From Scyliorhinus canicula (Eukaryota): a DNA stretch of 64,000 nucleotides. This document shows positions 49,929-62,280 of this stretch, in pieces. The stretch's first letter is position 1. Each line of letters starts with the position of its first letter. The notes under the pieces are model-generated. The model saw only the letters and a program-made list of their open reading frames with translations, was not told the origin of the DNA and made no database searches. The stretch lies in NCBI RefSeq assembly GCF_902713615.1, contig NC_052148.1:235189336-235253335 (forward strand), written 5' to 3'. The position numbers and the translations under genes were made by a program.

Positions 49929-52726
49929 AAATTCAGTAAAATTGATCTTTCACAGGCGTATTTACAAATTAATGTGGCTGCCAACTCACAGCCACTATTC
50001 ACCATTGTGACGCATAAAGGTCTGTTTCGTTACAGAAGACTTGCTTTCGGATTACCCTCTGCTTCTGCGCTTTTGCAAAGATCCATGGATCAAATTCTAA
50101 GTGGGGTGAATGGAGTGCAATGTTATTTAGATGACATATTCATCACTGGTTTGAGCGAACCGGAACACTTGGAGAATTTGCAAGTTATCCCGAAGGGTTT
50201 ACAGAGCCACAACTGAGAGTTACAAAGGGAAAGAGCGACTTTTTCAAGTTATCTTAAATTATCTAGGTTATATAATCGACAAAGATGGCTTACATTTGGA
50301 GTCAAAGGAAATGTTAGCAACCTTAGAAGCAGGGCATCCTCAAAATGTAACATAATTAAGATCATTTTTAGGATTGATCAATTATAATGGTAAATTAATG
50401 CCGAATTTAGCAACATGATTGAAGTCTTTGCACACTTTGCTACATGTCAAACAAGTAAGGCACTGGTCAGAAGAATGCAAACATGCACACAATGAGGTAA
50501 AAGAAGCTATACTGAGGTCAGAGCTGTTGTTCATTATAATCCCAACCTGAAGTTGCAACCTTCTTGCGATGCCTCACCCTATGGGGTCGGTGCAGTTCTC
50601 TTGCACATTATGCCTTCAGGCGAGGAGTGATCAATAGCATTTGCTTCACGACTCTTGCTAGCGTAGGAATGAATTACGCTCAACTTGAAAAAAGAGGCTC
50701 TATGCATCATTTTCAGTACAAGAAGGTTCCACCATTATCTTTATGGGTGTCATTTCACTCTTTTCACCGATCATTGTAATTCACCACAATCTTTGGGCGG
50801 TATAAAGGTATACCTTCTTTGGCAGCCAGTGGATTTCAAAGGTGGTCATTGATATCGTCGCCTCACATTTATGATATCCAATATCACAAGTCAGAGCAAC
50901 ATGCAAATGCTGGTGATTTGTCACGATTGCAGTCGCAAGACAAGCATGAACCTGAAGAGCATTTGTCAACATCCTGTATTTCTCGCTCGTGGATAATGTG
51001 CCTGTGACTTTTTCTCAAGTTCAAAGATATATATAAGAACTGATCCAGTGATGGGGAACGTGATGGACTTGGTTCAAAAAGGAATGCTGTCAGACATCCA
51101 TTGTAAAAGTCCAGGCCTCAAGCCCTACATCACATGAAGACTTAGTTGACAGTCCAGAATGGAGTTTTATTATGGGGAATCCATGTGATTATTCCTCCGT
51201 GTTTGCGTAGTTGAGTCCTTGTGAAACTTTCATCTGCTGAGGATGAAAGAATTGGCATGCAATTATATTTGGTGGCCAGGATTAGATGCGCAAATTGAAG
51301 AGAAAGTGATGCAATGTCAATCCTGTGCAAAATTAGGGAACATTCCATCATTACAACTATTACATCCTTGGGATTAGTTGATACAGCCATGGAAGAGAGT
51401 ATACATCGATCATGCTGGTCCACTGGAGTGTCACATGTTCTTAGTGATTGTGGACGCATACTCTAATTGGCCAGAAGTTGTGATCATGAAGTCACCGATG
51501 ACTGAGCGTTGGGAAACTAGACAAAATAATGCAAGATTTGGAACACCGGGGCAGATTGTCAGCGATAATAGTACGTGGTTTACTTCAAAGGAGTTTGAGG
51601 ACTATTTAAAGGGAAACGGTATACGCCATATTAAGTCAGCTCCATATCATCCAATAATGAATGGATTGGCTGAAATGTTTTGTATAATCAAGAAAGCATT
51701 CTATCAAAGCGTTGAAGAACCAGGGAATGCTGGCAAGATGAATGAACAAATTCCTAATGTCTTACAGGAATACCATTCAGACGGATGAATAAAGAATTTG
51801 TGACAACATGCTGATCATCTACATGCTTCACAAAGTGAATTCGCAGAAACGTCTCAGGAGGTTCTTCCCTTGGGAGATCTGGAAAGCGAAACTTCAGAAC
51901 AGAGAACAGACACAGTGACAAGTTCAGGTTCTGTTTCTGAGGACTTTCCAATACCTTTAGTGACAGATACTGGAGTCTCAATGCAAATAGTACCATCTAC
52001 AGAAGTGAATGAGGACGCTTCCAAGGTCTCAAGTAGCCAAGTTGCAGAATGCCAAATTTAACCAAAAAGGAATAGACATCCACCACAGAGAATGTCTTAT
52101 TGAATTGGCTATATGTACAGAAATAATACATAAGTGGATCTGTTGTATAAATGTTAATTGTTTTCATTGCACGAACAAAGTAAAGGAGGGGGGTGTTATG
52201 TATCAGAGAATACATTCCTGCTGAAAAAGCGTCACGTGATGTGTAGTGACGTCAGCAGAGGGTTTGTGTGGGCTTTGCGGAGTTCTCCATCTTAGATTGT
52301 ATAAGCAACACCTCTTCATAAACTTCTCATTGTGGTTTGGAAGAATCCAGAATGTGGCACTTCCACACCTTTTCTCTTTGCGGCAAAAAAGAAATATAAC
52401 ACTTTCATTACATCTGCATGCAGTGGAAAGAGTGACTGTAAAAATGGTGAAATTGGAAGCCCAATGCTCAGGATAAGTAACCACAGAGCCAACAATTGAT
52501 GTTAGGGAAGTGGCAACAAAGAAATTGCTACATTTACAAGATAATTCAACTCTGTAGCTAATAAAACCGTACTATTCTGTCCACTCTGGACCCAACCCAC
52601 AATATACCATAAATGGCTTCTGCTCCTTTTACACAAATGACACTATTCTCAGGATTTGCCAATCAGGCATCTAGCAGCAGCTTCTGAAAAATGTACAGCA
52701 CATTGAAATGTTGATATGAATTTTTC

Positions 52727-54020
52727 ACAGGGGCCAGTGCTGGGACCCCAGCTGTTCACAATATATATTAATGATTTAGATGAAAGAACAAAATGTACCA
52801 TCTCAAAGTTTGCAGATGATACCAAGTTGGGTGGGAGGATGAACTGTGACGCGGGTGCAGAGATCCTACAGCACAATTTGGATAGGTTGGGTGAGTGGGG
52901 AAATCAATGGCAGATGCAGTTTAATTTGGATAAGTGTGAGATTATTCACTTTGGGAGCAAAAACAAGAAGGCAGATTACTGCCTGAACGGTTGTAAATGG
53001 GAGAGGGGAGTGTGCAGCGGGATCTGGGTGTCTTTGTGCACTAGTCGCTGAAGGTAAGCATGCAGGTGCAGCAGGCGGTAAAGAAGGCTAATGATATGTT
53101 GGCCTTCATTGCAAGAGGTTTTGAGTAAAGGAGCAGGGATGTATTATTGCAATTATACAGGGCCTTGGTGCGGCTGATGCACAATCAATGGACACGAAAT
53201 GTAGGTGAAGTCCGAAACGAAAGGCTTTAATCAGCAAGAAGTGAGCCCGGCAGCAGATGTACAGAAATGGCCTGGCTGCTGGGGAACACAGGTTCTTATA
53301 CCCCGCCTCATAGGCGGAGCTACCTTCGTCTTGGCCAATAAGAATACAGAGAACATGATACTTGGGCCAATGAGCAGTGAGCCCTCTGCCCCAATGGCAG
53401 CTCACACTCCCAGGCACCGTAATACCTCTAGTCATGCTACCACAGCGGCCACACCTGGAATATTGTGTGCAGTTTTGGTCTCCTTTTCTGAGGAAGGATG
53501 TTCTTGTTCTCGATGGAGTTCAGCGAAGGTTTACCAGACTGATTCCAGGGATGGCGGGACTGTCATATGAGGAGAGATTGTCTTGGTTGGGATTGTTCTC
53601 GCTGGAGTTCGAAAGAATGAGGGGGATCTCATAGAGACTTATAACATTCTAACAGGACTAGACAGGGTAGATGCAGGGAGGATGTTCCTGATGGTGGGTG
53701 TGTCCAGAACCAGGTTATCACAGCCTGAGGATTCGGTGTAAACCATTTCGGACAGAGATGAGGAGACATTTCTTCACCCAAAGAGTGGTGAGCCTGGGGA
53801 ATTCATTACCACAGGATGTAGTTGATGACAAAACATTGAATATATTCAAGAGGCGGCTAGATATAGTACTTGGGGTGAATAGGATCAAAAGTTATGGAGA
53901 GAAAGCAGGTTTGGGCTATTGAGTTGGATGATCAGCCATGGTCGTGATGAATGGCGGAGCAGGCTCGAAGGGGCAAAAGGCCTCCTCCTGCTCCTATGTA
54001 TCTGTGTATGTATCTATGAA
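52727..54020 (+). mobile_element. CR1-type LINE 3' part, interrupted by a solo LTR
   Basis: QGPVLGPQLFTIYINDLD, KFADDTK, RPHLEYCVQFWSP, FFTQRVV; tatg-repeat tail. Confidence 0.93.
53175..53444 (-). mobile_element. Solo LTR (270 bp)
   Basis: TG..CA termini, TSD GCGGC, splits the CR1 ALVRPHLEY codons. Confidence 0.93.
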
Positions 54021-54167
54021 TGATACAAGCTTCAAAAATTCAGTACAGCTTTAACTCAAGAACCCAATTGTTTCCCCCTGAAAATTGTGTTGTACGCAGT
54101 AAATATACAGCCTAAAATTGGAAATATTGAATTAATAAATAAGAAACTTCAACAGCAAAAAAGTGAC

Positions 54168-54625
54168 ATCCACCAGCCTACCACCCCTGCCATTCACCCA
54201 AAACAACCACCCCATGCCACACCTGCCAATCCACCCCTCCAACAGCCCCCATCTTTCCTCCACACCTCCAGCAGTCCCTAACCTCCCCCTATCCATCTCC
54301 CACCCACCATCAGCTCCCACCCTCACCCCACCCCTCCAATGACCCCCAACTTAACTCCTACCTCTCCAACACCCCCAACCCACCCCTGTGTCTCCAACAG
54401 GCCCTACTTATTACTCACCCGTTCAACACCCCCGACACCTCAACACCCCATTCCTCCAACACAGCCCAAACTATCCCATCCTTCCAGGATCCCCTAATAT
54501 ATCTCAAAACCCTCCAACACCACCAAATTACCCCGATCCCTCCAACACCCCCAATCTACCCCATCACTTCAACCACCCTAACCAACTCCTCCATCCAACA
54601 CCCACAACCTACCACTCACCCCTCC
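54168..54625. repeat. C/A-rich low-complexity decayed tandem repeat
   Basis: Recurrent cctccaacacccccaa motifs; almost no G on the plus strand. Confidence 0.75.
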
Positions 54626-55605
54626 AGCTCTGTGTATTTCTGGTGGGCTTTTAAAAACAAATTAGAGCCTAAAGCTGTCTGAGGTTTGGAATCAGCAGCC
54701 CAGACCTGATGAAATTACCTGACAGACTAACTTTTTAAAAATCTGAATCTTCAGCCTGAAGGTTTAGGGATTTTCTGGAGCCAGTCTTTCAGGTTGTATC
54801 TGGGCGCGCTGACTGGGGGACAACACAAAGCTTCATTTAGAACAATGAACCTGGGCTCCCCCAGCCCCTGGCCCTGTTGTTTGGCACAGTCAGCAGCCCC
54901 CTCTCCAGGGCCCTGCACAGGAGACCTGACTTTAGTAAAGTCTTGGTCAGAATCAGAGCAAAATCTTGATGTATGTGAATTCCATGTTTATATCCAGGTA
55001 TATGTCACAATAAATTATATGAGGTTTGATTGCTACTCAGTGGTGATCCCTCACACTACCCTGCCCCACCATTGTTGCTTAGCAGCAGCATTCCATCTCA
55101 GAGTGTCCATAACACTTGGAGCTTATCCTCTATATGTAACCAACCCCGTACAGGAAAATGTTTTGGAATCAAGGCAAGGTCAGGCCACATCCTTCTAGCA
55201 AAGATGTCACCATGGATAAAATGGGGTTTCTGTGCGGAAGGAACAGAGTCAGAGAGACAACGAGAGAGACCGAAAGAGGGACAGGTGGCTGGATTTAGTC
55301 CTACGGTCATGGCATGGGCTAGCGGGCCTGGAAGTCGTTGGTGATCTGACACGGGTCTGGGGTGGTTGTTGGTTGGACTCGATTACGTGGCAGCAAGCGC
55401 ATGAATGAGAGTAATGTGGGCTTCCTGCCGGATCATGTGGCAGGACCCAGCTCTGATGTCAGAAAGTCCGCATCACCTGATCACCCTGCAGCAGCTGGCA
55501 CCACATTTAAAGGGTACTTAGCATGTGTTAGAGTAGGAAATCGGAAATCCAACTTCAAGGATTTTAAAGAGAACTCTGCAATTTAAATCTCTAGCATCTG
55601 GTTTA

Positions 55606-55793
55606 GGGGCTAGTTTAGCTCACTGGGCTAAATCGCTGGCTTTTAAAGCAGACCAAGCAGGCCAGCAGCACGGTTCGATTCCTGTACCAGCCTCCCCGGA
55701 CAGGCGCCGGAATGTGGCGACTAGGGGCTTTTCACAGTAACTTCATTGAAGCCTACTCGTGACAATAAGCGATTTTCATTTTTTCATTTTTCA
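55606..55793 (+). mobile_element. Short tRNA-derived SINE (family B)
   Basis: A-box tagctcactgg, B-box ggttcgattcc, tail gaatgtggcgactaggggcttttcacagtaac, tttca repeats. Confidence 0.9.
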
Positions 55794-56111
55794 TTATTGT
55801 TGCTCCACCCCAAAAATAATGGTCCCAATGTGATGTCCTTGGCAACAAACAGTGAGATTAAGTAAGAAGCAGAACTGCTACACATGTGCCAGAATCCCAT
55901 ATGCTACACCAATGATGTGCAGAACTGTTACTGTCTGGAAACTGGAAACTGTGTCACATTCTCCGATATGGCACAGAATAAAGCTTTATTCTGGTGTGTT
56001 CAAAATTCCTGAAAACTTATAATGGTTTATCATTGTGGTAAGGGAAAGTTTTGGAATTCCTGGTTTTCAGAGAATGGGGCATTCCTGAGGTTTCTTGAAT
56101 GCATACCTCTC

Positions 56112-56466
56112 CATAGAATTTTTACAGTGCAGAAGGAGGCCATTTGGCCCATTGAGTCTGCGCCGACCCTCTGAAAGAGCACTCTACCTAGGCCCACTCT
56201 CCCACCTTATCCCTATAACCCTGCATTTTGATCATGGCCAGTCCAGCTAATCTCCACATCTTTGGACACTGAAGGGATAATTTAGCATAGTCAATCCACC
56301 TAACCTACAAATCTTTGGACTGTGGGAGGAAACTGGAACACCTGAAGGAAACCCATGCAGACGCAGGGAGAAAGTGCAAACTCCACACAGTCGCCCAAGG
56401 TCAGAATCGAACACAGGTCCCTGGCACTGTGAGGCAGCAATGTTTGACACTATGCACCATGCTGTC
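56112..56466 (-). mobile_element. HE1-like V-SINE
   Basis: Full-length match to other copies. Confidence 0.9.
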
Positions 56467-58018
56467 CATTGATATTAACTGATCCTCCTGTATCTTTGAG
56501 ACCATCAATGTCTGAGAAGTCAAGCTCACTCTTGTAGTTGGCTGGTTGCAAAGGAGCATAAAGGTGTATTCAGGGTCATCTACCTCTACATTGGTTACAT
56601 TCACTTGCCTTTTCATTCACCATATGTAGCATCCTTCCATTAGTTGTTGATTTTGCTGATGAGTGACAAACTTGAGCAAAGTTGTTGAGTTTACCACAAC
56701 CTTTAAACTGTTTACCAGCAGTAGGACTCTCTCACCAGTGTCACAGTGTCACAGTGGCAACATTCTTTGGACAAGTCACAACACAAGTTGTGAGACTTGT
56801 TCCTGTTTTGCAGGTGGGTTCCTGTCACATGAGTGATGAACATTGTTCACAGGAGTTGAACTTGGAGTGTAGTAGTTACTGTTGACTTCAGAAGTTCTGG
56901 GCACTGAAAGTGACAGTTGTCATAAAAATGCCTATTTTTGAAAAATATTCTTTTTAACCTTTCAGCTGACTGGAAATTCGGTGTTTTACAAAATGAGACA
57001 ATAAACGGCTTCAGAAGGCGAGCCCAGATTCCAAGTTGAAGGTGAGAAAAGCAATCATGAATCCCTTCTGAAGGAATTGTGAAGAGCGGGGCATTTCAAA
57101 GGAGGCCTCCAGCCATCAAAACTCTAAGAAAGAGGTTAAAAATGCAAAGTCCTGCATTTTAATCAATAATATAGACAATTGGAACTGCTAACCAGCCAGG
57201 CACACCAACAGACACTAAATACCCTCTGTAGAGGACAAAATAACTCCATCTCTTGTTGGCTCCTACTATCTTGAAATGTGTCAAATGTTTCTGAGATGAA
57301 AGTTCAACCTGCAATTATTTGTTCTCCAACAATGATAATTCAAAACATGTCAGTTGAATTCCAAACCAGATAGAGAAGTCATCTGAAAAAAAACTACTCA
57401 AGGGAGCAGTAAGAAATCTCTCTCTCTTAAATTAAGAAAAGCCCTCTCTCTACAGTATAAAAACCCAATCCTGGAGGTAGTTACTGTCCATTGGAAGGAA
57501 CTTCAGGAGATGTCCCTCAATTTATGGGAGTCGGTACATGGACTGAAAAGGAGGGAAATTTTCTGCATCAAATTGCAGTTACCAAGACTTGAATTCAACT
57601 CCAGAATTTTAAAGGGAATCGGCTAACTTCAAACGGCTGCAACATTTGCCAATCTACGCCTCAAAGACAATTTGGTGAATTTGGGAATTATTTTGTGATC
57701 GGCCATGATCTTATTGAATGACCTAGCAGGCTTGAGGGGCTGACTGGCCTTCTCCTGCTCCTAGTTTGTATGTTTGTATGTATGTTTGTAATTAAGTGAA
57801 CCATTTAATAGACAGCCTGGATTTACATCTTGATAATCAGTTGGGATTTACTGGAAATCTATAAAATAATTAAATCTTCACAAGGATTTTAAGATAAAAG
57901 CTTCCAAGATATTGATGTGTGATAATGTGGTAACTAACAGGGTGGCTCATTGTCCTTGGATAATGGCTTTGCCAATGTATGTGGCTCAAAACTGTGGCGA
58001 CAGTCTCTGCAGGAAGTT

Positions 58019-58330
58019 AGAACATAGAACATACAGTGCAGAAGGAGTCCATTCAGCCCATCGAGTCTGCACCGACCCACTTAAACCCTCACTTCCACCC
58101 TATCCCCGCAACCCAATCGTTTTGGACACTAAGGGCAATTTAGCATGGCCAATCCACCTAACCTGCACATCCTTGGACTGTGGGAAGAAACCGGAGCACC
58201 CAGAGGAAACCCTCACATGCACGGGGAGAACGTGCAGACTCCGCACAGACAGTGACCCAGCGGGGAATCGAACCTGGGACTCTGGCGCTGTGAAGCCACA
58301 GTGCTAGCTACTTGTGCTACCATGCTGCCC
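58019..58330 (-). mobile_element. HE1-like V-SINE
   Basis: Full-length match to other copies. Confidence 0.92.
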
Positions 58331-59469
58331 AGTTCTATTCATCGTGTCAACGATAGTTTCCAAATTGAAGTTTTGATTACCTGCAATGAATACACTTAGC
58401 ATAAAGAATTTTCCTTTGTTTAATGAAAACCACACAGGATGATTAATAGACATCTGCATCTATTTAATTAGTCATGGTACATTTCCAAGGGCTGACTGTA
58501 AATTACATCAAAGATCAATTTTTTGATACTGAGGATCTTCTCTCATCAGAACTGCATGTTAACAATGCAGACATGAATAGTGCAAGATTTTCCAGCTATT
58601 ACATGATGGTTTACCGGCAGGTATGTGCTCCCTTTGGAATCCAGCAAGAAGTTGGAAAATTACCATTACACCATGTATAGTGGAAATCGTTTCTATCTTG
58701 TACTTGGTATTAGGCTCTGTGACACTGTACCATTAACCAGTGATTACTGTGTACTTACATTTGTTTAAATTGTTCATTAAATATTCCGTGGATGAGATAA
58801 TGTTGATAGGTTTAGTTTCAAGCTCTATTGTCTTCTGGAGAACTATGGCATAATTACATATCCCGTCACTGTCATCCATGCTAAATTTGCCTGAGTCTTT
58901 TTTGCCACTTTGTTATTTTTTGACTTTAAACATTGTTTGGACTCTGATTCTATCGATGGGCTGGTGAAGTTGCTCCTGGTGAATAAATGACGTTACTTGT
59001 GCTTCTGTTTAAGAAGGCTAAAACATTGTGCATGTTTTTCATTACGTCTTCTTCTTTAGCTAAGACACATCCTCTGGTCCAATTGCACCAACAACGTGCA
59101 GTTTTTTGGCGGTCAATTTTTATTTTACTGTCCAGCATCAGAGTGAAAAAAGTAAAATTGGGCAGGGAACACTGGGATTGTTAACTAAGCACACCCAATT
59201 TTCCTTCAATTCAAATGGTTGACCAACCTAAATCAGACATTTCCCACTTGACTTTCCTTTCTGTGCTCTGCCTCAGCGATCCTCAGCCTAGCTGGTAACG
59301 ACAAAAATCTCCTGCTGGAGGTTTTGATATCGAAAATGTCTCAAGTTGTTTATGGTGGGGGCTGGGGAGACACCTGGGCCCTGTTGGTATTGCATCAGGG
59401 TAAGATCTACCCTTGATGGTGCAAAGTGTTCTATGCCATTTGAAAAATTATAATTCACCTAAAACAATC

Positions 59470-59832
59470 TTTTTTTTTATTCGTTCATGGGACGTGGGCC
59501 TCACAAGCTGTGCCAGCATTTTCTGATGTTCCCTAATTGCCCTCGAGGGGGCAGTTAAGAGTCAACCATGTTTCTGAGGATCTGGAGTTACATGTGGGCC
59601 AGACCAGATTAGGACGGCAGATTTCCTTTCTTTAAGGACATTTGTGAACCAGATGGTTTTTTATGATAAGCAACAATTTTTTACGGTCATCATCAGACTT
59701 TTAATTCCAGATTTTTATTCAATTTAAATTTTGCCATCTGCAATGGTGAGATTTTAACCTGGGTCCCCAGAGCATTATTCTGGGTCTCTGGTTGACTAGT
59801 CCAGTGACAGTACCATTATGCCAAAGTCTCCC
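59470..59832 (-). mobile_element. tRNA-headed SINE (family C) sharing sequence with LINE 37926-40792
   Basis: Minus head tggcataatggt..ggttaaaatc; tail gggcaattaggg..cccacgtcccatgaacgaataaaaaaa. Confidence 0.8.
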
Positions 59833-60012
59833 CTCATATAATAAATATCCCCTTTAATTTCTACAAGAATGCCCCATGCAAATGGCATCTATTCTCACTT
59901 CATATGGGAAAATGCAGAAAATGGTCAAGGAAAAGAGTGTATGCAAATATAACTCTTAATTCATTACTTCTTTCAAAACAAAATGGATGAACAAGTGTGG
60001 CAGAAAAATAAT

Positions 60013-60586
60013 GGCTGTGATTCTCCGGTCTCTGACGCCGAAATCGCCTTCGGCAATCGGCCAGAGAATCCCCGTTGGCACCAAAATCGGGGGCGCCGTC
60101 GCATTTGCGATGCTCTGCCCCGTCCAATACGGCGTACTCAGGATGTTACCTGAGGCCCTCCCCCGATTCTCCACCCCAGATGGGCTGAGTTCCCGACGGC
60201 GTGAGACGCATGTGGGAATTTTTTTCGGGAACCCGGCATGGCGGCTGCAGACTGAGTCCAGCGCTGCCACAATCGGGGGAGCCGATCAACGGGTGGGGGG
60301 GGGGGGGGGGGGGATTTGGCGGCGGCTGGAGGCACTGGTGGTGGGTGGTCCAGGAGTGGCGAGCCTGGCCAAAGTGGGGCACTATTTGGCAGACCAGGTC
60401 CGCATGCCGCCAGCGCCATGATGCATGGTGCGGCCGCTGCATGCGCGGCCACGGACCCGTCAATTTTCCGGCCATATCCGCAGCTAGTCTGGCCCCCCAC
60501 CAGACAGAGGATCGGTGGAGGTTTTGTGCCATTTTTCCAGGCGTGAAACACCACTTTTCCCACGCCGGCTACAGCACATAGTCTCC
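60013..60586. mobile_element. GC-rich Harbinger-type MITE
   Basis: ggctgtgattctcc start; inverted homolog of 22344-22969. Confidence 0.85.
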
Positions 60587-60717
60587 CAATAATGAATGGT
60601 GCATTATTGACAAATGTGTTCACAATACTTCAGGGGGTGTAGAAAAACTTGAACGTTGCAGGTTTCATGAATTACAATGAATGGCTAAACCATGAAATCG
60701 AGTATAATATTATACTC

Positions 60718-61058
60718 GGGGCGGCACGGTGACACAGTGATTAGCACTGCTGTCTCACAGTGCCAGGGACCTGGGTTCAACTCCAGCTTTGGGTGACTGT
60801 GTGGAGTTTGCATGCCCTCCTCATGGCTGCACAGATTTCCTCTGGGTGTTCCGGTTTCCTCCCACAGTCCAAAGAAGATGGATTGGCCATGTTAAATTGC
60901 TCCTTCGTGTCAAGGGCTGTGCAGGTCAGCTGGGGTTATGGGGTTATGGGGTTGTGGGGATAGGGCAGGGGAGTGGGCCTAGATGGGGTGCTCTTTCAGG
61001 GGGTCGGTGCAGAACCGATGGTCCGAATGGCCTCCTTCTGCGCTGTAGAGATTCTATG
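60718..61058 (+). mobile_element. HE1-like V-SINE
   Basis: ggggcggcacggtgacacagtg head, V-domain, gattctatg tail. Confidence 0.9.
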
Positions 61059-61782
61059 GAAAGACTCCCAGATTCACATGCAGGATGCAGATTGCCTAGA
61101 GAGTAATGAAGAGATGAGAAAGCAGAACGGAGGGTGCAGAGCACTCCAACTGGCGAGGCAAGGAACTTCTCTCACTCCTCTGGGAACGTTCACATTACTT
61201 TAAATGTAACCTTAAATGCTTTGGATGTCCCACTCTGTACTAGATGTACTAAAGTATCTATAATTGTTCATGGACAACTTGGCTACTTGTTCAGAAATTC
61301 AAACCAGGCGTATTTGATCTTTTTTTTGCTTTGCTGAGTGCCATTGCCAGATAGGCCTTCAGCTTAGTATGTAATCAAACATAATTAAGCAAAAGCTTGT
61401 CCTTTTTATAGTTCCATGAAAAAATTCATCCACATCCACAAGGTTGGATTAAGCACACCATTATGATACCATTTCTGCAAGCAAACTGGAAGAGTGTGGA
61501 AGGAGAATAACTGGGCCAAAGTCAAAGGGGACACTGAGAATGCAGTTATGTTAGTCAGAGGCAATTGTGTGTCTGGAGCTATGTTCCAAAGAGCTGACTC
61601 GAATAAGGAAAAGCGCAAGAGCTGTAATATTCACGTACCGGGATCGAATTTGGCATTTCAGTAGGAAATTGAAGGTGAGCCGGGTGAAGGCAGCAGCTAT
61701 CCAAGGGGATGGGCGTAGGGGCAGGTCAGGTCCAATCCATCAGGTTTACCCTCATTGACATGAGAGAGGTAAGTTGCCAGCA

Positions 61783-61955
61783 TGAAATGAAATGAAAATC
61801 ACTTATTGTCACGAGTAGGCTTCAATGAAGTTACTGTGAAAAGCCCCTAGTCGCCACATTCCCAGCGCCTGTTCAGGAAGGCTATTACGGGAATCGAACC
61901 GTGCTGCTGGCCTGCATGGTCTGCTTTCAAAGCCAGCGATTTAGCCCTGTGCTAA
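61783..61955 (-). mobile_element. Short tRNA-derived SINE (family B)
   Basis: Reverse-complement match to 55606-55793. Confidence 0.9.
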
Positions 61956-62061
61956 TTTAGATTGCTGATGTTGGTCAGAGGCATAATAGGGATGTCAGAT
62001 TCAGCAGAGTGGGTTAGACATATAAAATAAATTAACTGGAAAACAGCTGGATACCACAAAT

Positions 62062-62280
62062 GGGCAGCACGGTAGCACAGTGGTTAGCACTGTGCTTTCA
62101 TAGTGCCAGGGTCCTAGGTCGATTCCCGGCTGGGTCACTGTCTGTGCAGAGTCTACATGTTTTCCCTGTGTCTGCGTGAGTTTCCTCCAGGTGCTCCAGT
62201 TTCCTCCTACAAGTTCCGAATGACGTACTTGTTAGGTAATTTGGACATTCTGAATTCTCCTTCTGTGTACCCGGACAGGC
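62062..62280 (+). mobile_element. V-SINE with HE1-type head running into the family-B tail
   Basis: gggcagcacggtagcacagtgg head and V-domain, then ttctgaattctcc..gtacccggacaggc as in family B. Confidence 0.8.

Larger units (their letters stand above)
44732..52401 (+). mobile_element. Gypsy (Mag-like) LTR retrotransposon, structurally complete, decayed
   Basis: LTRs 44732-44936 and 52194-52401 (TGTTAT..ATAACA), TSD CTTTC, PBS-like tggcaatgagg at ~44948, PPT aaaggagggggg 52182-52193; gag (IAERFQFH, CHRCAQVGHSAGEC), protease MEVDTD, RT FSKIDLSQAY/YLDD, RNase H CDASPYGVGAVL, integrase PWKRVYID/IVSDN/APYHP..NGLAE. Confidence 0.95.

Noticed and set aside
45424-51790. Active Gypsy gag-pol
   Set aside because: Multiple stops and frameshifts, protease DTG changed to DTD, and nested insertions
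16025-60623. Many overlapping G/P/R/A-rich ORFs in GC-rich segments, and these segments as gene promoters
   Set aside because: They coincide with repeated MITE copies, where high GC suppresses stop codons
4104-62140. tRNA genes at A/B-box motifs
   Set aside because: All are SINE heads continuing into SINE bodies; no complete cloverleaf seen
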